Positions 1 to 9,131 of a stretch of 64,000 bases of DNA are shown here, in pieces. The notes beneath the pieces were generated by a model. That model had not been told where the DNA came from. It did not search any database and saw only the letters and a program-made list of their open reading frames with translations. How positions within the stretch are numbered: position 1 is the stretch's first letter; each line of letters starts with the position of its first letter. This DNA is from an uncultured Clostridia bacterium (GTDB taxonomy: Bacteria; Bacillota; Clostridia; TANB77; CAG-508), in assembly GCA_944386685.1 (NCBI GenBank), contig CALXCA010000002.1, positions 16,649 through 80,648 on the forward strand, read 5' to 3'. The position numbers and the translations under genes were made by a program.

Positions 1-259
1 TTATAATAATTTTTATTAAAGTATTTTTGTAATTTTTTCTTGTTTTTCATTTATTTCACCTCCAAAACAATTATTTTTTACATTTAATAACATTCTATAT
101 AAACTACTTTTTATAGATGATTCATTTATTTTTAATTTTTTTGAAATATCTTTAAATGTCATATCTAAAATAAAATGTAAGTAAAAAATTTTTGCAATAT
201 CAAGATTTATGGATTTTATGTAATTCCAAATTCTATCTATATTTTCTTTTTTTATAAAA

Positions 260-583
260 TCAGATTCTATATCTATACCGAGAATCTAAATCAATGGTAA
301 AATTTTTTTCATCACTTTCTTGGAAAATAGAAACTGTACTTATTTTCTGTTTTGCATCAAAATAATTAATTATTTTATTTTTTGCAATAGTTATTAAATA
401 AGATTGATAGTTTGAGATTTCTTTTTTTTCTTTTAATTTCTTATATAATTCCATATATGTTTCTTGTATAATATCATCAACATCATTTAAGTTATAACAT
501 TTACATATTATGTATTTACGAACATTGTTATAAGTATTATTATATATTTTTTCAAATTTCCTTAGTGCTTTTTGAGTACTCAT
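260..583 (-). CDS. Sigma-70 family factor fragment containing region 2 only; probably truncated or pseudogenised
   Basis: The 107-aa product carries the sigma-70 region 2 signature (IIQETYMELYKKL ... QSYLITIAKNKIINYF). No region 4 HTH is found in any frame of 1-259, where stops occur in all frames. Confidence 0.45.
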   Translation of the reverse strand: MSTQKALRKFEKIYNNTYNNVRKYIICKCYNLNDVDDIIQETYMELYKKLKEKKEISNYQSYLITIAKNKIINYFDAKQKISTVSIFQESDEKNFTIDLDSRYRYRI

Positions 584-696
584 TTTTGCCTCCTTTCTAT
601 AATTGTAGAGATAAAAAACTAAAAAAAAGTTTCACTGTATTATAATTTTTTTAAAATTATTTAATGATCAAATCTTTAAAATATTATAAAAATATA

Positions 697-1419
697 TTAA
701 TATAAATTTTGGAGTATTGCAATTATTACATCTTTGGTTTTGGGCTTTTGATTAATAGTACTGTTAAAATAATTACACAAAATGGTTTCATCAGTATCAT
801 AAAACATCATTAATATTGCCTGAAAAATATCTGTTCCTATTAAACTTATTTTTTTATTATATTTTTTTGCAATAATTGGATATATATCTTTACTTAAATT
901 AAAATTATATTTATTTTTTTTGAAATAACATTCATATATACATTCACTTAAATATTTTGTTCCGATATATGAAAAATTAAAATTCAATTTTTTTAGTTCT
1001 ATTGTTATTTGATTTTTTATATTATCTAAAGTATGTTCTTTTTTCTTTTTATCTATTAATTCTTCTATTTTTTTTACTAGATAATCTATGCTATTTATTT
1101 TAGAACAATAACAGAAAACATTGTCATTTTTGATGATTTTTCCTATCAATTTTGTTTGATTTGTATATACAATGATAGATGATATATATTTTTTTATATG
1201 ATTTTTGGAAATGAAATTAATTATTTCTATCCCATTAATATCTGGCAAATCCAAATCTAATATAATTATATCAATATTTTCTCTTTTTATAATTTCTATA
1301 GCCTCTATTCCTGTACAAGCTATATTATTTAATCTTATATTTGGTATTTTATCACAAATAAAATTAATTAAAGAATAAATATTAGCTAGATTGCTTCCAA
1401 TAATCATTAAATTTTCCAT
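697..1419 (-). CDS. Spo0A-like response regulator: atypical receiver domain plus Spo0A_C-type DNA-binding domain
   Basis: The N-terminus is a REC domain with a phospho-acceptor-like Asp in IIILDLDLPDINGIEII, but it lacks the N-terminal acidic DD pair (MIIGSN). The C-terminus aligns to Spo0A_C (GTKYLSECI ~ GYLYLREAI; DIYPIIAKKYN ~ VLYPDIAKKFN; FNSTINQKPKTKDVIIAI ~ [21 protein letters not shown]). An AAAGGA ribosome-binding site lies 12 nt upstream of the ATG at 1419; the track ORF extends to 1431. Confidence 0.6.
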   Translation of the reverse strand: MENLMIIGSNLANIYSLINFICDKIPNIRLNNIACTGIEAIEIIKRENIDIIILDLDLPDINGIEIINFISKNHIKKYISSIIVYTNQTKLIGKIIKNDNVFCYCSKINSIDYLVKKIEELIDKKKKEHTLDNIKNQITIELKKLNFNFSYIGTKYLSECIYECYFKKNKYNFNLSKDIYPIIAKKYNKKISLIGTDIFQAILMMFYDTDETILCNYFNSTINQKPKTKDVIIAILQNLY

Positions 1420-1664
1420 AAAAAATTCCATTCCTTTCTAAGGCACACATAGTAAGAAAAGTCAATTCTTTCAAACTAAACTAATCCCCTAATTTGAAGA
1501 GAGAAAATAACGAAAAAAAGTTTCAAAATTTTTAATAATTTTAAAAAAAATTTTAATTTTCTTAAAATTATTAGTAATAATAAATAATTCATGTTAAAAT
1601 TAATATGAATGGCACAAGTGTCATTCATAATCAGATAGGAATTTATTCAAAAGGAGGACTTCTC

Positions 1665-2426
1665 ATGAGTAAAAAAATTAGTATTCGGTTTTTAAGTATC
1701 ATTTTGACTTTAATTGCTGTACTTAGCATTGGTCGGATGATTCCTGCTACAGCTGCAGAAGATTATTCTAGTGGTGGTTGGAATCAGGTAAAAAACACAT
1801 CTACTATTGTGAATTCCAGTGGAGGAAGTGTAGGTACAGTTTATGCTGGAGAAGGCGTTACTGTGCTGTATTTTTCTGGCGATAGGGCCTACATTGAATA
1901 CAGTGCATCAAATTCTCCTAAGCAAGGGTTTATTAGTATATCTAACTTGGTATACGATAGACTTTATCCTAAGACTGCAGTTGGAAGAATTACATCTTCC
2001 ACTAGTACGTATTATTCTCCAACTACAGTTCATTATGCAGGTTCTGTAAGTTCCGGTGAATATGTTGCTGTATTACGTAATAATGATAGTTGGGCTTACA
2101 TTGAATACAATATATCTGGAGGTCAGAGGAAAAGGGCTTTTATTCGATCCTCTTGCTTGTATTGTTATTCTCATAATGCCAATTATTCTTTGTACCAAGA
2201 TGATGAGAATTTACTTGGCATAGGAATGACTAATATTACATCGAATAGAACAGTATATGCGGGACCTGATAAGGATGCATATCCATCAATTGGAACGGTA
2301 TATCCTAGTGATAATTACAATGTTTGGGCTTTTATACAGTTCAAAGATGGTTCTGGAAATAAAGTGAATTTTGTAGAATATCCAACTGACAAAGGTCCGA
2401 AATATGGGTATATTTATTCAAAATAG
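1665..2426 (+). CDS. Secreted protein with three bacterial SH3 (SH3b/SH3_3) repeats and no catalytic domain
   Basis: The ATG at 1665 has an AAAGGAGG ribosome-binding site. The N-terminus has a signal peptide (MSKKISIRFLSIILTLIAVLSIG...ATAAED). Three repeats follow the pattern G(T/S)VYAG..V.V....D.WAYIEY. Confidence 0.6.
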   Translation: MSKKISIRFLSIILTLIAVLSIGRMIPATAAEDYSSGGWNQVKNTSTIVNSSGGSVGTVYAGEGVTVLYFSGDRAYIEYSASNSPKQGFISISNLVYDRLYPKTAVGRITSSTSTYYSPTTVHYAGSVSSGEYVAVLRNNDSWAYIEYNISGGQRKRAFIRSSCLYCYSHNANYSLYQDDENLLGIGMTNITSNRTVYAGPDKDAYPSIGTVYPSDNYNVWAFIQFKDGSGNKVNFVEYPTDKGPKYGYIYSK

Positions 2427-2463
2427 TCTAAAGAATAACCAATAATCAACTCCTATCTGATGG

Positions 2464-2492
2464 GAGGGCTCGAATGAGCCCTCTTTTCAAAA
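2464..2492 (+). terminator. Rho-independent terminator after the SH3b protein gene
   Basis: Hairpin gagggctc-gaat-gagccctc followed by CTTTTCAAAAAA. Confidence 0.5.
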
Positions 2493-2527
2493 AATTAACA
2501 TTTATTTATAAAATAGGGAGGAAGTAT

Positions 2528-3232
2528 ATGCTAAACGAGAAAGATACAAATGAATTAGTAGATTTTATAAAAAATATTCCAAGCAAGATTGAAATAATTG
2601 ATAATATTATAGATGAAAAATTATTTTATAGAGATTATATAGATACTGCAGAAGAATTAATAAAACCACTAAAAGCTATTGGAAAAGTTTATGAATTTGC
2701 AAAGAAACAAAGATTTAAAGAATTTTTAAAATCTATATCAAAAGAAATAAATGAAAATGATTTTATAGACAGTAATAATGTTAATAAACTAAAAGAATAT
2801 GTTTCAAAAGATAATAATGTTGATTTTATAGTTAATACAATAGATTATTCAATTAATAGTAGATCTATAAAATGTTCCAGTTTACTTGGATTTTATGCTG
2901 GGAATATTTTGAATAAGTATAAAGATATAGATTATAAAGACTTTCAGATAATTGAAATATTGAAAAACATAGATGATATAGAATTAAATATATTTAAAGA
3001 ATTTGTTGATAAAACATTAAATTTTGATAAAGAATATTATGTTCCTTTTGAAATATTGAATACTCATAAAGAAGAAGAAATTGTACTTATGTTCAATAAA
3101 TTTGAAACTTATCAAATGGTTTCTAGACCTAATCATTTGACAATTAGAGATATAAATGGTGAACCAAGCATGATAAAAGTAAGCTATATTGGAAAAAATT
3201 TGATTGAATTATTAAATAAAACAAAAATATAA
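2528..3232 (+). CDS. Hypothetical protein (235 aa)
   Basis: Long ORF with a GGGAGGAAG ribosome-binding site before the ATG at 2528. The track start at 2474 lies inside the upstream terminator. No recognised motifs. Confidence 0.45.
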   Translation: MLNEKDTNELVDFIKNIPSKIEIIDNIIDEKLFYRDYIDTAEELIKPLKAIGKVYEFAKKQRFKEFLKSISKEINENDFIDSNNVNKLKEYVSKDNNVDFIVNTIDYSINSRSIKCSSLLGFYAGNILNKYKDIDYKDFQIIEILKNIDDIELNIFKEFVDKTLNFDKEYYVPFEILNTHKEEEIVLMFNKFETYQMVSRPNHLTIRDINGEPSMIKVSYIGKNLIELLNKTKI

Positions 3233-3468
3233 AAATTAGAGGATTAGTAAAAAACTCTACCAATATAATGGATTCTGCTATAAAAAATGCTTATTTAGAA
3301 TTAAAAATTCAAAAAGTAGGAAAATATTAAAGTTTTCTTGCTTATTTTTTTATACAATAGGAAAATACAACTTTCTTATTTGCTCTTTAAAAAATTTGTG
3401 AATTATAGAAATATGTGGTAAAATAATAAAGTAAAATTGAGAGAAAGAAGGTATAAAATTTATAATAA

Positions 3469-4401
3469 ATGATGCAAGGAAAAATAATTGGAAACATATC
3501 AAATATGTATAAAATCAAAACAGAAAAAAAAGAATACAATGCTTATGCAAGAGGAAAATTAAAAAATATAGAAATTACACCATTAGTTGGAGATATAGTT
3601 GAATTTAGTGTATTAAATGAAGAAGAAATTAAAAATAGTTATAATAATGAAATCAAAAATAATATATATAATTCAACTAAAATAGATGCAGTCATAGAAA
3701 AAATTCTACCAAGAAAAAATGAACTAAAAAGACCAAAAGTAGCTAACATTGACCAAATTATATTTATATTATCAGCAAAACATCCAAAACCAGATTTATT
3801 AATGCTAGATAAACAATTAGCATACGCAGAATTTGTAAATATAAAGCCTATAATTATTATTAATAAAATGGATTTAGCAAATTGTGAAGAAATACAAAAA
3901 TTATATACAAAAATAGGTTATAAAACGATAATTTCTAGTGCAAAAGAAACAATAGGTATAGAAGAAATAAAAAAAATTTTAAAAAATAAGACAAGTGTAT
4001 TTTCTGGAAATTCAGGAGTAGGAAAATCTAGCATAATTAATGCAATTTATGGCTATAACAAAACAGAAGAAGGAGAAATAAGCAAAAAAAATAAAAAAGG
4101 TAAAAATACAACAACAGATACTAAACTTTACGAAATTGAAGAAAATACATTTATAGCAGATACTCCAGGATTTTCTAGTTTTGATATTACAGAAATAGAA
4201 TCTACAGAACTTGATAAATGTTTTAAAGAATTTAAAGACAAAATTAAAAATTGTGAATTTGTTGGTTGTACACATATCAAAGAAAAAATTTGTGGAATTA
4301 AAGAAGCTGTTGAAAATGGAAAAATTACACAAGATAGATATGATAGATATTGTATTATTTATGAGGAATTGAAAGAAAAAGAAAAAAATAGGTGGAAATA
4401 G
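3469..4401 (+). CDS. rsgA: Ribosome small-subunit biogenesis GTPase RsgA (YjeQ)
   Basis: N-terminal OB fold. Circularly permuted GTPase motifs (NKMDL before FSGNSGVGKSSIINAI; DTPGFSSF). C-terminal Zn finger C..C.H..EKIC. Confidence 0.85.
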   Translation: MMQGKIIGNISNMYKIKTEKKEYNAYARGKLKNIEITPLVGDIVEFSVLNEEEIKNSYNNEIKNNIYNSTKIDAVIEKILPRKNELKRPKVANIDQIIFILSAKHPKPDLLMLDKQLAYAEFVNIKPIIIINKMDLANCEEIQKLYTKIGYKTIISSAKETIGIEEIKKILKNKTSVFSGNSGVGKSSIINAIYGYNKTEEGEISKKNKKGKNTTTDTKLYEIEENTFIADTPGFSSFDITEIESTELDKCFKEFKDKIKNCEFVGCTHIKEKICGIKEAVENGKITQDRYDRYCIIYEELKEKEKNRWK

Positions 4402-4551
4402 TTTTGATTAATTTGATACAGTTAAATAATTAATAAAGAAGTTGTAAAATGATTACAATCAAAATTTAATTTAATAATTAAAATGTTTAATTAATTTCTT
4501 TTTGCACATAATTAATAAAATATGTTTTTTATGTGTGAAAGGAATTTTTTT

Positions 4552-5673
4552 ATGAGAAAGAAAAAATCAATTTTTAAAAGAATTATAATTTTTTTGCTTT
4601 TAGCAATTACAATATTAGGAACATCATATTACTTTTATGATACATATCAATCAATAGATTTAACAACAGAGTATAATACCTCTAAACTAAATACAGTAAT
4701 TACTAAAGCGACAACAGGAAACACTGAGACAAATAATAATATAGTTGACACACTTGAAAATATTTCAAGATGTGTAGTAGGAATTTCTAAAATAGAAACA
4801 CATTCAAATTCAATTTTTTCTAGCAATTCTATTACAGAATTAGGCTTAGGAACAGGAGTTATAGTATCTAGCAATGGATATATTTTAAGTAATAGTCATG
4901 TTACAGGAGAAAAACTAAGTACATGTTATGTTACACTAGAAAATGGATATACCTATGACGGAACTGTGGTTTGGTCAGATACAGAGTTGGACTTATCTAT
5001 TACCAAAATAAATGCTAATAATTTAGAATATGCAATTATAGGGGATTCATCAAAAGTAAAGGCAGGAGAGACTGTATATGCAATAGGAAATCCTATTGGA
5101 TATGAATTTAGAAGAACAATAACATCAGGAATAATTAGTGCAATAAACAGAACAATTAAAATTGAAGAAAATGGTACAACAACATATATGACAGATTTAA
5201 TACAAACAGATGCATCAATTAATCAAGGAAATAGTGGAGGACCACTAATACTTTCATCAGGAGAAATTATAGGAATTAATAGCGTAAAAATTACAACAGC
5301 AGAGGGAATAGGTTTCGCAATACCAGTAAATGCAGTAAAACCAATTATTGAAAAATTTATAACTACAAATTCATTTGATGAACCATATCTTGGAATATAT
5401 GCTTATGACCAAGAAGTAATTCCATATATTTTGCCATCTGCAAATAATCCAGAAGGTATTTATATTGTTCATATAAATAAAGATAGTCCAGTAAAATCTA
5501 CAGAAATTCAAGTAGGAGATATTTTAAAAACTATAGATGGTAAAAGTATTTCAAATATGATAGAACTTAGAGAATATATTTATACAAAAAATGTAGGTGA
5601 TACTATTACAATGGAAATTACTAGGGGTTATGTTACTAGAAAATATGATATTGTATTAGGCAGAAAACAATAG
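4552..5673 (+). CDS. htrA: HtrA/DegP-family serine protease (trypsin-like domain plus PDZ)
   Basis: N-terminal TM anchor. Catalytic triad context (SNSHV, D, GNSGGPL). C-terminal PDZ-like region. An AAAGGA ribosome-binding site lies 8 nt before the ATG at 4552. Confidence 0.8.
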   Translation: MRKKKSIFKRIIIFLLLAITILGTSYYFYDTYQSIDLTTEYNTSKLNTVITKATTGNTETNNNIVDTLENISRCVVGISKIETHSNSIFSSNSITELGLGTGVIVSSNGYILSNSHVTGEKLSTCYVTLENGYTYDGTVVWSDTELDLSITKINANNLEYAIIGDSSKVKAGETVYAIGNPIGYEFRRTITSGIISAINRTIKIEENGTTTYMTDLIQTDASINQGNSGGPLILSSGEIIGINSVKITTAEGIGFAIPVNAVKPIIEKFITTNSFDEPYLGIYAYDQEVIPYILPSANNPEGIYIVHINKDSPVKSTEIQVGDILKTIDGKSISNMIELREYIYTKNVGDTITMEITRGYVTRKYDIVLGRKQ

Positions 5674-5700
5674 TAATTGCATGGTTAGCTATTGTATAAA

Positions 5701-5731
5701 AAAGAGGATTCAAAACGAATCCTCTAAAATT
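5701..5731. terminator. Bidirectional terminator between convergent htrA and leuS
   Basis: Hairpin aaaagaggattc-aaaac-gaatcctct flanked by A/T runs. Confidence 0.5.
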
Positions 5732-5807
5732 ATTTAGTAAATATAATATTTTTAAATATTATTATAATAGAATTATATATTTATATAAAATTTATATTTT
5801 TAAATTT

Positions 5808-8216
5808 CTATATAACAACATTATAAATCTTATTTTTAACATAAATTTCTTTTTTAATATTTTTACCATCAATTTTATCTTGAATAGCAGTATGAACTTT
5901 TTCTTTAACACTTGCTTCATCTTCATCCAAATCTATCATAACAGTAGCTTTTAATTTTCCATTTACTTGAATAGGAATTTCTATTTGTTCATCAATAGTT
6001 TTAGATTCATCATAGATAGGCCATTTGCAAGATGAAATAGGTTCATCTTCAAAAACAATTTCATTTAATTCTTCTGTCATATGTGGTGCAAAAGGGTTAA
6101 GTAAAGTAATAAATGTTTTAAATTCTGCTTTATTTATTGTTTTTAATTTTGTAAATTCATTCATCATTGTCATAAAAGTAGATACACAAGTATTAAATTT
6201 CATATCTTCAATATCTTTAGAAACTTTTTTTATTGCTTTATTCATCATTTTTTCTGTTTCTTTTCTATATGTATCACCATCAATTAACATATTTTGTAAA
6301 TTCCAAACTCTATCTAAAAATTTAAAACATCCTCTAATACTATCCATAGACCAGTTTGCTGCTTGGTCAAAAGGTCCCATAAACATTTCATAAACTCTAA
6401 ATGTATCTGCTCCAAATTCATTTAAAATGTCTTCAGGATTAATTACATTTCCCTTAGATTTAGACATTTTTTCTCCATTAGAACCTAATATCATACCATG
6501 AGAAGTACGTTTTGCATAAGGTTCTTTAGTTGGAACAACTCCAATATCATATAAAAATTTATGCCAAAATCTTGAATATAATAAATGTAGAGTAGTGTGT
6601 TCCATTCCACCATTATACCAATCAACTGGAGACCAGTATTCTATTGCTTCTTTAGAGGCTAAAGCTTTATCATTATGTGGATCCATATATCTTAAATAAT
6701 ACCATGAAGATCCAGCCCATTGAGGCATTGTGTCTGTTTCTCTTTTTGCTGGTTTACCACAGTGTGGACATTTTGTATTAACCCATTCTGAATGTCTTGC
6801 AAGAGGTGATTCTCCATTTTCTCCTGGTAAGAAATCTTTAACATCTGGTAAAGTTAAAGGTAAATCTTTTTCATCAAGTGGAACCCATCCACAATCTTCA
6901 CAATATACCATAGGAATTGGCTCACCCCAGTATCTCTGGCGAGAAAATACCCAGTCGCGAAGTTTGTAATTTACTTTCTTTTCTCCAATTTTGTTTTCTT
7001 CAAGATATTCTATAACTTTTTTCTTTGCATCTTTAACATGTAGACCATTTAAAAAGTCAGAATTTATAGATATTCCTGTTTCAACATCAGTAAATGGGAA
7101 TTCTACAGATGAATTATCAACTGGTGCAACAACTTGAACTATTGGTAAATTAAATTTTGTTGCAAATTCATAATCTCTTGTATCATGTGCAGGAACAGCC
7201 ATAATAGCACCAGTTCCATAACTTGATAATACATAATCTGCAACCCAAATTGGAATTTCCTTTTTTGTTAAAGGATTAATTGCTTTTATACCTTTAATTT
7301 CTACACCTGTTTTATCTTTGTTCATTTCTCCACGTTCAAAGTCAGATTTTAAGGCAGATTGTTTTTGATAATTTTTTATTTCATCTAAATTTGTGATTTT
7401 ATTAGCAAGTTTTTCAATTAATTGATGCTCAGGTGCAATAACCATATATGTTGCACCAAAGATTGTATCTGGTCTTGTTGTATAAACAAGTAATTTTTCA
7501 TCAGTTCCAGAAATTTTGAATTTTACTTCAGCACCTTCTGAACGACCAATCCAATTACGTTGTTGAGTTTTTATTTTTTCTAAGAAATCAACATCATCTA
7601 AATCATCAATTAACCTTTGTGCATATTTTGTGATTTTTAACATCCATTGAGACTTTTCTTTTTGAATAACTGGACTTCCACATCTTTCACATACACCATT
7701 AACAACTTCTTCATTTGCTAAACCAACTTTACATCCTGTACAAAAATTTATTGGCATTGTTGCTTTATATGCTAAACCATGTTTATATAATTGTATAAAA
7801 ATCCATTGTGTCCATTTGTAATATTCTGGATCTGTTGTGTTTATAACTCTTGACCAATCAAATGAAAAACCTATTGATTTTAATTGTTCTGTAAAATGAG
7901 CAACATTTTTTTCTGTTGTGATTTTTGGATGTACATTTGTTTTTATTGCATAATTTTCTGCAGGTAATCCAAAAGCATCAAATCCAATAGGAAATAATAC
8001 ATTATATCCTTGTAATCTTCTTTTTCTTGCAATAACATCAAGTGCTGTGTAACTACGTGGATGCCCAACATGTAATCCTTGACCTGATGGATAAGGAAAT
8101 TCTATTAATCCATACCATTTCTTTTTATTTGTAAAATCATTACTTGCACAAAATGTGCCTTCTTTTTCCCATTTTTTTTGCCATTTTTGTTCTATTTCTT
8201 TAAAATTATATGCCAT
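5808..8216 (-). CDS. leuS: Leucyl-tRNA synthetase
   Basis: 802 aa with the HIGH motif (HVGHPRSY) and KMSKS (KMSKSKGN), plus the CP1 editing domain. Confidence 0.95.
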   Translation of the reverse strand: MAYNFKEIEQKWQKKWEKEGTFCASNDFTNKKKWYGLIEFPYPSGQGLHVGHPRSYTALDVIARKRRLQGYNVLFPIGFDAFGLPAENYAIKTNVHPKITTEKNVAHFTEQLKSIGFSFDWSRVINTTDPEYYKWTQWIFIQLYKHGLAYKATMPINFCTGCKVGLANEEVVNGVCERCGSPVIQKEKSQWMLKITKYAQRLIDDLDDVDFLEKIKTQQRNWIGRSEGAEVKFKISGTDEKLLVYTTRPDTIFGATYMVIAPEHQLIEKLANKITNLDEIKNYQKQSALKSDFERGEMNKDKTGVEIKGIKAINPLTKKEIPIWVADYVLSSYGTGAIMAVPAHDTRDYEFATKFNLPIVQVVAPVDNSSVEFPFTDVETGISINSDFLNGLHVKDAKKKVIEYLEENKIGEKKVNYKLRDWVFSRQRYWGEPIPMVYCEDCGWVPLDEKDLPLTLPDVKDFLPGENGESPLARHSEWVNTKCPHCGKPAKRETDTMPQWAGSSWYYLRYMDPHNDKALASKEAIEYWSPVDWYNGGMEHTTLHLLYSRFWHKFLYDIGVVPTKEPYAKRTSHGMILGSNGEKMSKSKGNVINPEDILNEFGADTFRVYEMFMGPFDQAANWSMDSIRGCFKFLDRVWNLQNMLIDGDTYRKETEKMMNKAIKKVSKDIEDMKFNTCVSTFMTMMNEFTKLKTINKAEFKTFITLLNPFAPHMTEELNEIVFEDEPISSCKWPIYDESKTIDEQIEIPIQVNGKLKATVMIDLDEDEASVKEKVHTAIQDKIDGKNIKKEIYVKNKIYNVVI

Positions 8217-8406
8217 GATGACCTCCGTTCTAATTATTTATATTTTGCTTTTTGTACAATAACTAATCTATTATTAAATTTTAAAAAGTAGATTATAAGC
8301 TTATATAAATATATGAATTTATTTTAATATAAAAATTATACTAGCAAAATCCTTAAAAGTCAATGGAATGGAGAAATTTTATTAGTTATTAGCTAATGTT
8401 AAGTAG

Positions 8407-8607
8407 GAAATTTTGATATATTAATAATTGCATAAATTTTTCGACTCAATACGAAAATATAAGAATTTCTAAAATAATTTTATGGCGCCCTTTCACTTAG
8501 TCCTCGCTGCGCTCGACGCGAACATTTTCCATAAAATTAATTTAAGAAATTCTAAATTTCCTCCAATCGTATTCAAAATTTATTTATTATTAATATATCA
8601 AAATTTC
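8407..8607. repeat. 201-bp MITE-like element, copy A
   Basis: 20-bp perfect terminal inverted repeats (gaaattttgatatattaata ... tattaatatatcaaaatttc). The GC-rich core (ggcgccctttcacttagtcctcgctgcgctcgacgcgaacatt) is foreign to the AT-rich background. It is near-identical, in inverted orientation, to 21697-21897. Confidence 0.6.
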
Positions 8608-8761
8608 TTACCAAATTATAATAATGAGTATAGTTATTGGGAACAAAGACAAATATTAAAAAAATTTTTCAGTTATAAATATTACATAAAAGATGAAAAA
8701 TGAGAAATAATAAAATTGGTTCTATAAGAATTATAAAATAATGAAAGGAATGTGAGAAAAT

Positions 8762-8902
8762 ATGAAATTTGTTAAAGGTTTAGTAATTGGTGGATTAATA
8801 ACAACAGGAGTTTTAATGATGTTTAAAGATACTTCCATGATGGATACAAATAAATTAGCAAAAAAAGGAAAAAGATTCGCAAAAAAGATGGGAATAATGT
8901 AG
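8762..8902 (+). CDS. Small membrane protein (46 aa), YtxH-like N-terminus
   Basis: MKFVKGLVIGGLITTGVLMMF... with a short ribosome-binding site. Not in the ORF track because it is under 60 aa. Confidence 0.35.
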   Translation: MKFVKGLVIGGLITTGVLMMFKDTSMMDTNKLAKKGKRFAKKMGIM

Positions 8903-8907
8903 AAAAA

Positions 8908-9026
8908 TTTTGAGCGAAGCTCTTTTCCTGTATAGGAAAAACTTAAATTTTCCTATACAACAACAATAGCGGACTTTTTTTAGACATTTTATATGTTTAT
9001 AACATTTTAAAGTCCGCGTTATTGTT
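8908..9026. repeat. Mosaic intergenic hairpin-module repeat (family 2), minus-orientation copy
   Basis: Contains the modules gagcttcgctcaaa, tataggaaaa...ttttcctataca and gcggacttt...aaagtccgctattgtt, shared with 42935-43054 and 51862-52037. Confidence 0.5.
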
Positions 9027-9131
9027 CGTAAAGTTAATATAAAAAGAAAAAAATAAAAAAATTTTGAAAAAAAGAGGGAATTATGTAAAATACGTCGAAT
9101 AATATATATGTATGAAAAAGTAATATAGGAG

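Noticed and set aside
4012-4332. Antisense and alternate-frame ORFs inside well-supported genes (for example 4012-4332, 6025-6393, 6730-6969, 11110-11484, 38721-39080, 39172-39678, 48350-48934, 58383-58706)
   Set aside because: Low-complexity F/L/I/K-rich translations are typical of the shadow frames of AT-rich coding sequence. All overlap genes that have strong motif support.
4402-4551. AT-rich palindromes (ttaattaa...taattaa) upstream of htrA considered as a CIRCE/CtsR operator
   Set aside because: Does not match the CIRCE consensus (TTAGCACTC-N9-GAGTGCTAA) or CtsR direct repeats. Probably just AT-rich promoter sequence.
8217-8406. Expected T-box leader upstream of leuS
   Set aside because: No GGTGGTACC-type T-box or antiterminator/terminator pair is found in the 190 bp between the leuS start and the MITE-like element, so none is called.
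8482-8703. 73-aa ORF inside MITE-like copy A
   Set aside because: The equivalent stretch in copy B (which is inverted) does not conserve the frame, so the element is better explained as noncoding.
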